This document shows positions 53,335 to 64,000 of a stretch of DNA of 64,000 nucleotides, one piece after another; positions within the stretch are counted from its first letter, which is position 1; every line of letters starts with the position of its first letter. This DNA is from Narcine bancroftii (lineage: Eukaryota), in NCBI RefSeq assembly GCF_036971445.1, contig NC_091471.1:368590001-368654000 (forward strand), written 5' to 3'. The notes below the pieces were generated by a model that did not search any database, was not told the DNA's origin, and worked only from the letters and a program-made list of their open reading frames with translations. The translations under genes were made by a program, and so were the position numbers.

Positions 53335-53893
53335 TGGTATGAAATTGGAAACCCTGGCAAATTTCTGCAGATATAGAGTGGAAAGTGTGCATCACTATCT
53401 GGTATGGGGACATCAATACTCCTCAGCATAAAGCCCTGCAAAAGGTAATGGAGGCAGGCCAGGACATCACAGACAAAACCCTCCCCACTATCGAGAACAA
53501 CTACAGGGAACGGTGCCATCAGAGAGCAGCAGTGATCATCAAGGATCCACACCACCCAACTCGTGCTCTGTTCTTGCTACTACCATCAGGAAAGGAGTCT
53601 AGGTGCCACAAGATGCACACCCCCCAGGTTCAGGAACAGCTGCTCCCCCCTCCACCATCAGACTCCTCAACAACAAACTCAATCAGGGACACAATTAAGG
53701 ACTCTAACTTTTACATTTTATTGATTTTTTTCAATCTGAGTTGCACAGTCATTTCTTTAGTTGTTTACATGTGTATGGAGTACATATTTGGCACTACCAA
53801 TAAGCAGTAATTCTGCCTTGCCACCAGGAAAAAAGAATCTCAGGGTTGTATGTGATGTCATGTATGTACTCTGACAATAAATCTGAGATCTGA
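53335..53893 (+). mobile_element. Rex1/Babar-like LINE 3' fragment
   Basis: CITIWYG...KALQKVM...IIKDPHHPTRALFLLLPSGK; ends acaataaatctga. Confidence 0.8.
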
Positions 53894-54059
53894 AAAGTCC
53901 AAATCATGAGGACTGGTATTGAAAATAATGAGAATCCTGAAAGTCAAATTTTATTTTGCAAAATACTTCTCATCAATAGCACAAAATAGTTTGTAAACCA
54001 CTTATGGGGAAAAAAAGTCTTGAGTTATCCATATTCAATGGTGTGATTTACAGATGACA

Positions 54060-54627
54060 GGGAACCAACACTTCTTAATCACTTCCTGACTGATCCTTGC
54101 TGACATGTGTGTCTGTAGTCTTATGCACTCTGCCAGACTGAGCTTTGCCAACATGTCTGTCCATTGACTTATGCACCTGCCAAACTGGGACCATTTGGAA
54201 ATTGGAGAAACAACACTTCATATTCCATCCTTCAACCATGCTGGCATTGACTCCTCCGGTTTCTTTTAGCACCCCTCTCTCCCCAATCTTTCCCTTTGTC
54301 TCTTTTCCTCAATATTTTTCTTTCTCCCCTTTTCCCTCTGTCTCCTTTACCCCAGCTCAGCATTCACAGAGATAAATTCCACCCTCCTTCTCCCAATCAA
54401 TTCTCACCTTTCCTCTCTCCTGGCCTCTTCAATAATCATCTTTTGTCTGTTGCTCTGCACTCCTCCCCAGCCTTTCTTTTAATTCAGGTGCCTGTCGACT
54501 TTTTATTCATACCTTGAAGATGGGCTCAGGCCTGATACATTGGTTATTTTTACCTTCTGCTGAGTTTCTCCAGTATTTCTGTGTTTTTGCTACAATCACA
54601 GTATCTGTAGACTTTCATGTTTCACTC
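54060..54627 (+). mobile_element. Penelope-like 3' fragment
   Basis: KLEKQHFIFH-like terminus, CT-rich tail and gaagatgggctcaggcc...gcagacttt end motif shared with 26570-26900. Confidence 0.6.
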
Positions 54628-55016
54628 AAATAATTCTTTCTTGGCCTTAGCTTTTTATAATGGCAATGAAGCAAATATTTCAGATTCACGTCGCCTTCTG
54701 CATTGGCACCTTGTAAAAGAGTTAAGTGGCATTTTGAAACTTTAAAGACAGAAGCATTTTTCTCATCCTCAGATGATATTCCTGGTGTCATCTGTCACCC
54801 ATACAGACTCTTCTCATCTGCATTGAAAAATTGACAAGGGTTACAGCACCATCCTTCATTATTCACTGCAATGTGCCCACAATATCATGGCACTATTAAC
54901 GTCAGCACTCATTTTTCACTTTGGGCTGTTCTGTCCCTACAAACAATAAAAATAACCACCACTTGCTTTGAAATGGTCTTGTTTTGCACTGGGTCTTGCT
55001 GGAGAGTTCTCTCCCT

Positions 55017-55224
55017 CTTTTTTTTAAAAATTTTTTTATTTTTCACACTATAAACCATATTGATCAAGATTTCACTCTGAAGTTCATTTTCCCTCTTGAA
55101 CATATACAGTGTCGTTTTCTCCCCCCCCTCCCTCCTCCCCTCCCTCCCTACCTCCCCTCCCATTCATTTAAAGTTCAGAAAATAGGATACATTAAACCCG
55201 TCAAACAATGTTGTCACTCAATAA
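55017..55224 (-). mobile_element. L1-clade 3' UTR fragment
   Basis: Diverged copy of 55974-56150 (ttttcacactat...catacattaaaccc...acaatg). Confidence 0.7.
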
Positions 55225-55973
55225 CCTTCTTTCTTGATGCTCTCAGAGAACCATCATTTTCTGTTCTAATATATGATAGGCTGATCATTATTTTCTTCCG
55301 ATGAGGAACTTCATGTGGCTCGCCCCATTCCATTGTCTCTGTTGCTGTGCTGCATAGGCAAGATCATCTTTGCATCATATGGTTTATTAGCTTAATGTTT
55401 GTGTTGATTTCGCCACCTTTTTGCAGGATGGAAGGTATGGCTGTCAGCTGCAAGCCAAGATAACAAGTGATGTTGACAACCAGATCACCACTTTCCTTTG
55501 ACTTAATAATGTTTGGTTTCATGACTGGAGCCATATTTTTACTCTGAGGTTTATGTTGACCTTCATCCTTTGCACAAGAGATATATTTTTAAGTCATGGG
55601 TTGCACAATTATATGGATTCACATACTTCATTCTTTTACAACGAGAGTTACAAAGGCTCTCGGGAGTTTTCGTCAATCCCTGACTCTATTTTCATAGAAA
55701 AATGATGTAAGTATGAAACAGATCCGTGAATATTCCTTGGGTAAAGGGGAGGTGGGGGGGTGGTAAATGATGTATATGTGAAGCAACCTGTTGAGTTTCC
55801 ATTATCCTCTTTTGCCCCCATACAATTGTACTTCACAGTTAAAATTTCTGAAATTATTAAACTTAATCATTTAATGTTGTTCAACTTTCATTTGATCCAA
55901 TTATTTCCCATTTTTATTTTTCGTGGTATACCGACACTTGTCTTCACTGTACTTGCAGGATCAGGCATTTCTT

Positions 55974-56981
55974 TTTTTTAATTTTTCACACTATGAACCA
56001 TACTGACCAAAATACACACAAACATTCCCTCTTGAATATACACAGTGTCATTTTCTCACCTCCCTTCCCTCCCTCCTTCTCCCCCCCCCCCCCCCCACGT
56101 TCAATATATATGATACATTAAACCCATTAAACAATGTCATCACACAATGAAAATAAACAAGAAATTTGTGTCATCTACTTTTACATACTGGGTCCTATTT
56201 GAAGGACAAATTGGGAAGCAGACTGAGGTTACCAGAAGGAAGCAATTTTGAACATGTAATTAAAGACACAATGATAATTAAAAGATTTATAACAAACATG
56301 TACATCAAACTGCAAGAGAAAGAGAACGAGGAAACAAGCTGTAAACCCAAACAAAAATGGGAACAAGATCTAAACATAAAGATAAAGAATGAAACATTGG
56401 AAAAGCTATGTTCCGGAACTATGAGAAATACAATAAACACGAGGTTACGCATGATACACTATAATTGGTTACACAGGCTATACACCATGTTCCAAAAATT
56501 AAATAAATGGGACCCAACAGTATCAGACAGATGTTTTCACTGTAAGAAGGAAACGGGAACAACAGTACATGCAATTTGGGCATGTGAGAAAGTGGAAAAG
56601 TTTTGGGAAGATCTAAATCAGGTATTGAATAAAATCACAAAAAGCAACATCCCAAAAAATCCAGAGATCTTTCTTCTAAGTAATATAAGAAGTAAAGAAC
56701 TTGGACTCAATTTGGATGAAGCACAAAAAAGATTTATTATGATAGCCCTAGCTGTAGCAAAAAAATGTATTATGTCAACCTGGAAATTAGAAGATAGCCT
56801 GAGAATACAGCAATGGTACATAGAAATGAATAAATGTATTCCATTGGAAAAAATAACATATAATTTAAGAAATAGCATCACAGTATTCGAACAAATTTGG
56901 GAACCGTTCATGGAACACAACAGAGAAGTCCTACTGCGGACCTCCACCACCTAAAATGACAGAAGGGGAAGAAGAGAAAAT
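55974..56981 (-). mobile_element. L1-clade LINE 3' end with 5' inversion
   Basis: The 3' UTR and A-tail are on the minus strand (55974 to about 56195). The ORF2 C-terminus (CxxC...TVHAIWAC zinc knuckle) is on the plus strand (about 56196-56954). 16-bp TSD GGATCAGG(C/A)ATTTCTT at 55958-55973 and 56982-56997. Confidence 0.88.
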
Positions 56982-57429
56982 GGATCAGGAATTTCTTGAG
57001 TGGATCTTCCATTGTTGGCCCTGTTTCATATATTTAACCAGTTGTTAAAATTTAATCTTCTGACAAATACAAATAATATTTAAAAACAAATAAAATGCTG
57101 CAAAGTACCTAAAAATTAAGTTATTTAACTCAGGGGGAACCAAAAAAACTTAGGGTTTAGCTCTTCCCCTCACTGCTGTTCCTCTCCACTGAAATATATT
57201 GAATTCCTGAATACACGACTTCTCTAATCTGATGCTGGATCAAGTTACAAGGCCGGGTTTATTGTCAAGTGTACCACAAAGTTTGTTTTGCGAGCATGCC
57301 ACTGGTCAACCTACCCATAATACAACAGTAAAAGTACACTACAGTTGTGCTTTTGTGTGTATATATATATAAAAAATATCTATGTCTACATGTACTATTT
57401 AAATTTAATTTCTTTTACATTTAAATTTT

Positions 57430-57600
57430 AGACATACAGCATGATAACAGGCCACTTCGACCCACAGGCCCATGCCGCCAAATTACACGCAATTAGCAGT
57501 TATGGGGAGAATGTACAAACTCCTTACAGACTGTTCGGGGTTAGAACCCTGCTCCCGATCGCTGGCACTGTAAAGGCATTGTGCTAACCACTACGCCAAC
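57430..57600 (-). mobile_element. HE1/V-SINE-like SINE with internal deletion
   Basis: Minus strand reads gttggcgtagtggttagcacaatgcc...gggttctaacccc...gtctgtaaggagtttgtacattctcccc, with A- and B-box-like motifs. Confidence 0.7.
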
Positions 57601-60600
57601 TCTTCCATCTGGGTGTGTCTTTATTTGTGTGCGTGTAATAACGTGTGTAAAGCCTTATAATGGCTTATTTGACTTTCATTGGGCACAACTTTGGAACTCA
57701 TAGAAAAATGGCAACTACAGACTGCAAAGGCAATCGAAAGCTTTGAAACAAGCTGAGCTCACTTATACCTGCACCAATAAAGCAATTAAATATATCTAAG
57801 GAATCACCAACACCTGTGAAGCCAAATGTCTGAAGCATCACGATGGCCTGAAATAGGGGAACAATGTATTAAAAAACATGATGTACTTTCTACATGGTCA
57901 AACCAAAACGTTTCCAAATAACCTTGAATAAAATCTGGAATGTGCACTTAAATCACATGTGAATTGTTTGGTTACAAATTTTAAAACTATGGAGCCCAGG
58001 AGAAAATAAAGTGGAAAAAAGGTCTTTGTTCCAAACATTTGGAGGTCACTGTATATGTGTGTGTGTATTTATAGTTGTAGACACAGTTGTAGATACATGC
58101 ATTGAGAATGGCTGCAATAGACTGACTTTATTTTGTTCCTTGAATGCCAGTGTATTTTTGATAATTTGGTGATGGTTGATTATTTTTAAGGAACGTGGGC
58201 TTTGCGAATTGCGGCAATATTTAGTTGCCCATCTAGAATTGCCCATGAAGAGGTGGTAGTGAGCTGCCTTCTAGAACCGCTGTAGTCCTTGAGTTGGGGG
58301 CAGGGAGTTGCAGAAGTTTGACCTAGAGATGGTGAAGGAGCAGTGACGTGGTTCCAAGTCAGGATCGTGAACATGATCTTGCTCTTGTGAGCTGCATTTT
58401 AAATTCCAGATGACCTATAAATTACATATTTTCTGTCTGCATTTTGTGCTTTTTTTTGAAAAAAGAAACACATTTCTCAATCTCTGGGCAGTTGCTTTCT
58501 GGAGATATACATCCTGTATTGGAATTTGCTGGACTGCTGGAAATATTAAAATCATTTAGAATGTGCATTGTGTGGTAACTGAGTGACGGCACTTCGTAAT
58601 GCAGCAGAACATGTACATACACACTGGCTAAACTGATTATGGCAGCAGTATTATATTTTAGAAGTTCATTTCTAAAATTAAGCTGGTCTTCTAATTTAAT
58701 GAAATAGTGAATAGGGATATGTGATCATTATGGGATGTTTTCCAAATATCCTGGGTGACTAAGAGGTTTAGAAATTTTAATTGATGAATTGTTTATTTGG
58801 GATTGTTGCATGTTGAACATCTGAAGCAGTTCCCAATTGTATGGAAGTCAAATTTGGCAGGAAGGACTAGGCAGTGCACAATGTCAGGAAACTGAATACT
58901 GGGACAGATGGGAATCTATCTGACAATAATGTCTTTGTTAAGACATTTTCTATCTTGAGAAATTGGCCAAAGGCTATAAATTTGCTTTAAATTGTCCAAA
59001 TGTTCTTCATTTGATCATGATTGACCAGGACACTCATTAAATCTCCTTTGGTCTTCATGAAAATGGTGATATGGCTTCTTTTGCTCTCTCAGGACTGTAC
59101 TGGTATATCAACTTTTTAAGCTCAAGTCCCTTGAGTTTCACGTCACTCCATCAGGAACAGTCCAATATTTATAATGGGAAATTTCTGCTCAGCAGGTTGG
59201 ATCTGCTGCGGAAGCTAAGACCCCATTGATTTCAATGGAAATTTTAGGGGTACTGATTAGAATGTACGTTGGAGGTTAAGTTAATCTTTAGAGCATTAAA
59301 TCATTAAATTCATGTTTGTTCGAACCTAGAACATTCCAGCACTGTATAGGCCCTTCTATCCAAGATTTTGTGCCAACCCAAATGTACCAAAAAAAAGCTT
59401 TGAAATAAACCAAAACTCTCCCTCCATAATAACCCTCTATTTTTCTTTCATCTATGTTCCTGTCTAAATCCCCTTTTACAAAGCTACTTCAATGCAGGAA
59501 CATTGCACCACACCTGTCTAAAAGGTACGATCACAGATGGGGGGGCGGGGGTGGAGAGTCATTGCAGTCCCGCCCTTAAGCTGGCAGTGGAGGTAGTCAC
59601 AGTGCCGAATCGACATCTGTATAAAAAGGATGTGTTTGTTATTCGTCCCACCTCTTTTTCTCCGGATTGTTGTGTAAAATGACACACTGGCCCAACATTA
59701 TGCCGCTGTTGTTTGATTCAGTGTAAACAAGCAAAGCTGGCTTAATGATGGGTCTTCTTTATGGCAGTATTGCAGGATTTCTTAGTTTTATTTTAAAAAA
59801 AGAACTTAAGAGTCTTTTAAATGCTCCTATTGTTCCACCCTCCGCCACCATCACTGGCAATGCATTCCAGGCTCCCACAACTCAGTTTTTAAAAAAACTT
59901 ACCCCTGATGTTTCCCTTAAACCTTCCTCCCTTCACTTTGTGCAGATGTGTTTGCTTCTCCCTCCCTGGGAAAAAAAGTGCTGACTGTCTACCTTATCGA
60001 TGCCTCTCATCAATAAATACAGTAAACCCCCTGGTATCCAGCACCCACAAGGATTGGTAGATGCCGGATAAGCAAGTTTCCTGGTCGCTGGAGACTCACA
60101 ATGCTAACTAATACACCTGAATTAAGAATAAACAGTTGAGAAGACAAAAACAACCACTGGCTGAATATTTGCTCCCATCATCACCAAAGATTTATGTGTT
60201 ACTTCAGAGAAATTTACTTTTAGAATTTTTAACTTTTATATATTCTTATTACTGTAATTCTAACTATCAATTAATTTATTTTTCTCCTTTTTGCCAGTTG
60301 CTTGAATTTTGGATTTTATTGTATTTAAGTATTTATAATTTTTCAGTGATTTTAGTTTGCCTTTTCTTTAAGTTTTTTATTATTACTTATTTTCACTTTG
60401 GTAGTTTTTTAACATCACCTTAAATAAAGAAAAATGCACTGTATTTGCCTGAAATTCCAATGTCAAATTTTGGTAATTGAGTGGTATGAACTTGCAAGCT
60501 ACTTGTTTTCAAACATTTAGGCAATCGTCTATAAGTTGAACTCACCTTGAATGTAGCACAGCCTGAGCTAAGAAGTTATTTTTGCTACCCCTGGATGTGT

Positions 60601-60916
60601 GTAGGAAATGGATTATTAAGGGAGCTGCTTGAGATCATTGTTAGTTATTGCCAAAAAGTCAACATGCATGAGTTTAAAAGATGGAACAATGCATTGGCTG
60701 GTTAAATGTTCATGCTCTTTGTTTATTTTGGTCTCTGACTAAATGGATACCAAATGGCAAAATACTCAATTGTGGAATGAATTTCACTGTGAGATGTTTT
60801 TTTCAAATTTTCATTTGCCTTCCTTTTACATCATCGTGTTTGTTGAAATATTGATGAATGATTTTCAGAAATGGATGTCCAGCCAACATTTTATTTTGTC
60901 CTTTATCTCCCTCCAG

Positions 60917-61011
60917 TTCAATGTGATGATTTGGGCATCTCTACAGAGGCTCCAAGAACAGATTAGCCAGCTGAAGGATTCTTTGTTGCGAAATTTGTCA
61001 ACCCACCAAAT
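60917..61011 (+). CDS. STX8: STX8 coding exon 3
   Basis: ctccctccag|TTC AAT GTG ... CAC CAA AT|GTATCTTTT; 95 nt. Encodes FNVMIWASLQRLQEQISQLKDSLLRNLSTHQ. Confidence 0.92.
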
Positions 61012-61477
61012 GTATCTTTTGAAAATCTTGGACAGATTGAAGGTCCAAGTGTTGCATGGTATGTGGTATTGTGTGTCGTCTTTTCATGGAGAATCTGGCA
61101 AAAGATGATTAAATAATTTTTGTAAACATGCCGTAAATCAAAGTTTTTTTTTTAAGTGCTAAAATATAAAATTAACTCGCGGTCTGCATTTTTAAAAGTT
61201 AGAGAGCTGGTGGGAAAACTACAGTAAAATTAATGATGAGCTGAAATCTGATCTTTTTGAGGAAACATAGTTTCAGCAAAAGTAAGTAACACTCAGACAT
61301 CGAAGAAACATAGAAGGTAAAATAAATTGTGAGTCTGTGTACCACTAGATACATTTGCTTGGGTTTGGGGTTTTTTATTTGATTTTAAAAATGTACATAT
61401 GAACATGGAAATTCAGATCACGAGTAGGCCTTTCAGTATTTTAAATCACAGTGGATATGTCTAACCTTTATTCCTAC

Positions 61478-61652
61478 ATGTCTGTAAAGAGTTAGTATAT
61501 TCTCCATGTCTGCATGGGGTTTTTCCCGGTGCTCCAGTTTCCTCCCACATTCCAAAGATCTAGGGGGTTAGTAGATTAATTGGCCACATGGGTGTATTTG
61601 GGCAGCGCAGGCTTGTGGGCTGGAAGGTCCTGAAATCGTGCTGAATCTCTAA
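61478..61652 (+). mobile_element. HE1/V-SINE-like SINE (5'-truncated)
   Basis: Core tctccatgtctgcatgggg...ggtgctccagtttcctcccacattccaaaga. Confidence 0.75.
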
Positions 61653-62545
61653 AAATGTTTTTCAAAGATAACTCTTCCATTTCAGGTACCTCGACTTCTC
61701 CCAAAACAGCTGCATTCTTCCTTGCCTTCACGCTCCCTTTGACCAAAATTGTGCACATTGTTCCATGTGGTCTTACCAGTCGGCGTTGGAGCATCATCTC
61801 TGTTCTCAGTTCACAAATAATACCCTTTTGTTGGTGTTCCTAATTACTTGCTCTACCTGCTTACGACCTTTTTGGGACTCGTGCACAAGGAAAATCATGT
61901 CCGATCTTTGCAATCTTTCACCACTTGAATGACTTCTTTTGTTTTAATTTTTCCCGTCAAAATGGACAGTTTAACCTTTTCCCGTAATTATACTCCATTT
62001 GACTGATGTCAGCCCACTTGTTTAACCTATGTACCTTTGTAATCTCCTCGTGTCTTCATTCCTGCTTACTTTCCTAGCACCAGGAAAGGTGCTAGACTTC
62101 CGGTATCTTCATCTTTCTATAAATTGAAAGGAAGTTAATGTCCTATCACTGATCCTTCTGACCCATTGCCAACCAGAAAATGACTCATTTATGCCTTCTC
62201 TTTCTTGTCGACTACACCATATGTGTTGCCTCTTACATCATTAACTTTTATTTTCCACAATAACCATTTATGCACTACATCATCAGACCCCTTGTAAAGT
62301 CAAAGTCTAGAATACTCACTGATTCCTTTTTATCCACATTGCATTATTGCTTTAAAGAACTCTAGTAAATTGGTTAAATATGATTTTCCTTTCACAGAAT
62401 CATGTTGACTTTGCCTGAAATTTGTGTTGTGTTATACCATGTTCAATAATAGGTTCTAACAACTTCCCAATGACAGATTCTTTTCTAACTTCTCTGAATG
62501 CTTTGGTGTCTTCCTCCTTTTTTGAATCCGGAAGTTATAGCTATT

Positions 62546-62699
62546 AAACCCAACACCCAACCCCAGCCCACCAATTTTCCCCTGCAACCGTGTCTGCCTG
62601 TCCCGCATCGGACTTGTCAGCCACAAACGAGCCTGCAGCTGACGTGGATATTTACCCCTCCATAAATCTTCGTCCGCGAAGCCAAGCCAAAGAAGAAAG
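62546..62699 (+). mobile_element. RTE-clade LINE extreme 3' fragment
   Basis: Same 3' end (...cttcgtccgcgaagccaagccaaagaagaaag). Confidence 0.9.
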
Positions 62700-62879
62700 A
62701 TGATCTTCCTCAAACCTCAGGGATTTGGACATGGATAATTGACCCATGAATAAAAAATTGGTGTGATAAAGAATTAGACTACAATATCAATGTGGTCAAT
62801 GTGTATGGTGGCCTTAAAACAACCATAAAATGACCATTAATTAATATAAAAATAACCTGTGCTATGAAAAATGTAAACT

Positions 62880-63535
62880 TTCCTGATATGATGCAGCAAT
62901 AAATGTTGCACTTTTATTAAGGGCGCTGGAACAAAGAAGGTAAATATGCACAGATCTCTGAAAGAGGCTGAAGACTCGCAATGTTGAAAGGACAGCTTGG
63001 AATTCTTTGCATTATTAATAGAGTAGACAAGACATTTATATTAAATCAGTGCATTATCCCCAGCTGGTGAATTTTATCCAATTTTAGGCACCATTCTTGA
63101 CATGATGCCATAGTCCTAGGAGGGGCTCAGAGGGGAAATCACGAGAATGATTGCAGAATGATGACAATTACATGTAGTGGCTGGACGATTGGGTGGTTTT
63201 TCTCCTTCAAGCTTAAGGGGATATTTTGAAAGAAAAAGCAAGCAGAATTTGGCTCCATCAGGTGAAAAAAAAAATCAGCTAAATCAGTTACTACAGATTT
63301 AAGAATCACAGTCTAACAAAGGTGAAATTTTTTTGGTGGAGTTGTTATGGTTAAGAATGCATACCTAGAAAAGCAAAGAAGTTTGTTCAGTAATACATTT
63401 CAAAAGGAATTGAATAAAATCGTGAAAGTGAAAATTGGAAGGTCCTTGAGGAAATAAAACAGTAGTGTTATTTCAAACTCTTTCAAAAAGAGCCGCCACA
63501 GGTATAATAAAGGAATGACTTCCTTCTGTACTGCA
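62880..63535 (+). mobile_element. Highly decayed CR1-like 3' fragment
   Basis: Degenerate QF*APFL, AQRG..RMI and gaatgacttccttctgtactg end motif. Confidence 0.45.
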
Positions 63536-63574
63536 TCAATCTTTTATAATAATTCTTTAATAATACATGCACAG

Positions 63575-63685
63575 AACACAGCTTGAAGCAGACAGGCGTC
63601 AAAACATGGTGGATGATTTGTTAACAAGACAACGACAACTTCAAACATCCTTCAAGAAAGATGGTACTGAGCCTGAAGTTATGAG
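63575..63685 (+). CDS. STX8: STX8 coding exon 4
   Basis: gcacag|A ACA CAG CTT GAA GCA GAC AGG CGT CAA AAC ... ATG AG|GTACG; 111 nt. Encodes ITQLEADRRQNMVDDLLTRQRQLQTSFKKDGTEPEVMR. Confidence 0.94.
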
Positions 63686-64000
63686 GTACGTTTTGAATTA
63701 AATGTAAAGTTTAAAATGGGGTGGGGGGGGGGTGGAAGCAACCTTTTACTATGCGTGGGCCGGATGGTGTATCAGTTGAAAGGCAGGCTGCACTGATGCT
63801 AGAAGACCTTTGCATTAACTTTGGATTTCAACTGATCGCTGCCCTGAATGTCAATAAATTCCATTTGAAAATTTTCTGGTACAGTTTCTGCATCCACACT
63901 GTTGCAAACAGCTTGAAGTCACTTGCATCATGTGTCCTGTTTTTGTGAAGAGAACAGACTCTGGTAATTTTCAATGCTAGTATTTTGATACTATTAAGTG

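Larger units (their letters stand above)
61012..63574 (+). other. U12-type (minor spliceosome) GT-AG intron, STX8 intron 3
   Basis: 5' site GTATCTTTT; branch-like TTCTTTAAT at 63553-63561, 13 nt before the 3' end; no polypyrimidine tract. Confidence 0.8.

Noticed and set aside
57430-57600. tRNA gene
   Set aside because: The A- and B-box-like motifs belong to a SINE head, and no complete cloverleaf is present.

Overview
Repeat-rich vertebrate genomic DNA, almost certainly from a cartilaginous fish (ray or shark), inferred from HE1/V-SINE-like SINEs, CR1/HER1-like LINEs and Penelope-like fragments. Three spliced genes are partly present. MXRA7-like exon 1 lies on the minus strand at 21015-21395, with its intron running off the left edge. 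JMJD6 exons 3-6 lie on the minus strand at 30546-45521; exons 1-2 are not seen and presumably lie in or beyond the 200-N gap at 47470-47669. STX8 exons 1-4 lie on the plus strand at 47808-63685, and intron 3 has U12 (minor spliceosome) signals. The rest is mostly transposon debris: six young near-identical RTE-clade LINE copies, two 5'-inverted (twin-primed) insertions with TSDs, a Gmr1-type Gypsy 3' end, a solo LTR, Harbinger- and hAT-like non-autonomous elements, and Rex1, CR1, L1 and Penelope fragments. Two perfect 20-bp minisatellites sit in MXRA7 intron 1. I see no convincing novel multi-gene system. The best leads are the young AviRTE-like family, twin priming in an RTE element, the 71-copy G-rich array, the U12 intron and two unexplained inverted repeats. 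Gene and repeat family names are from recognition by memory, not from database searches.
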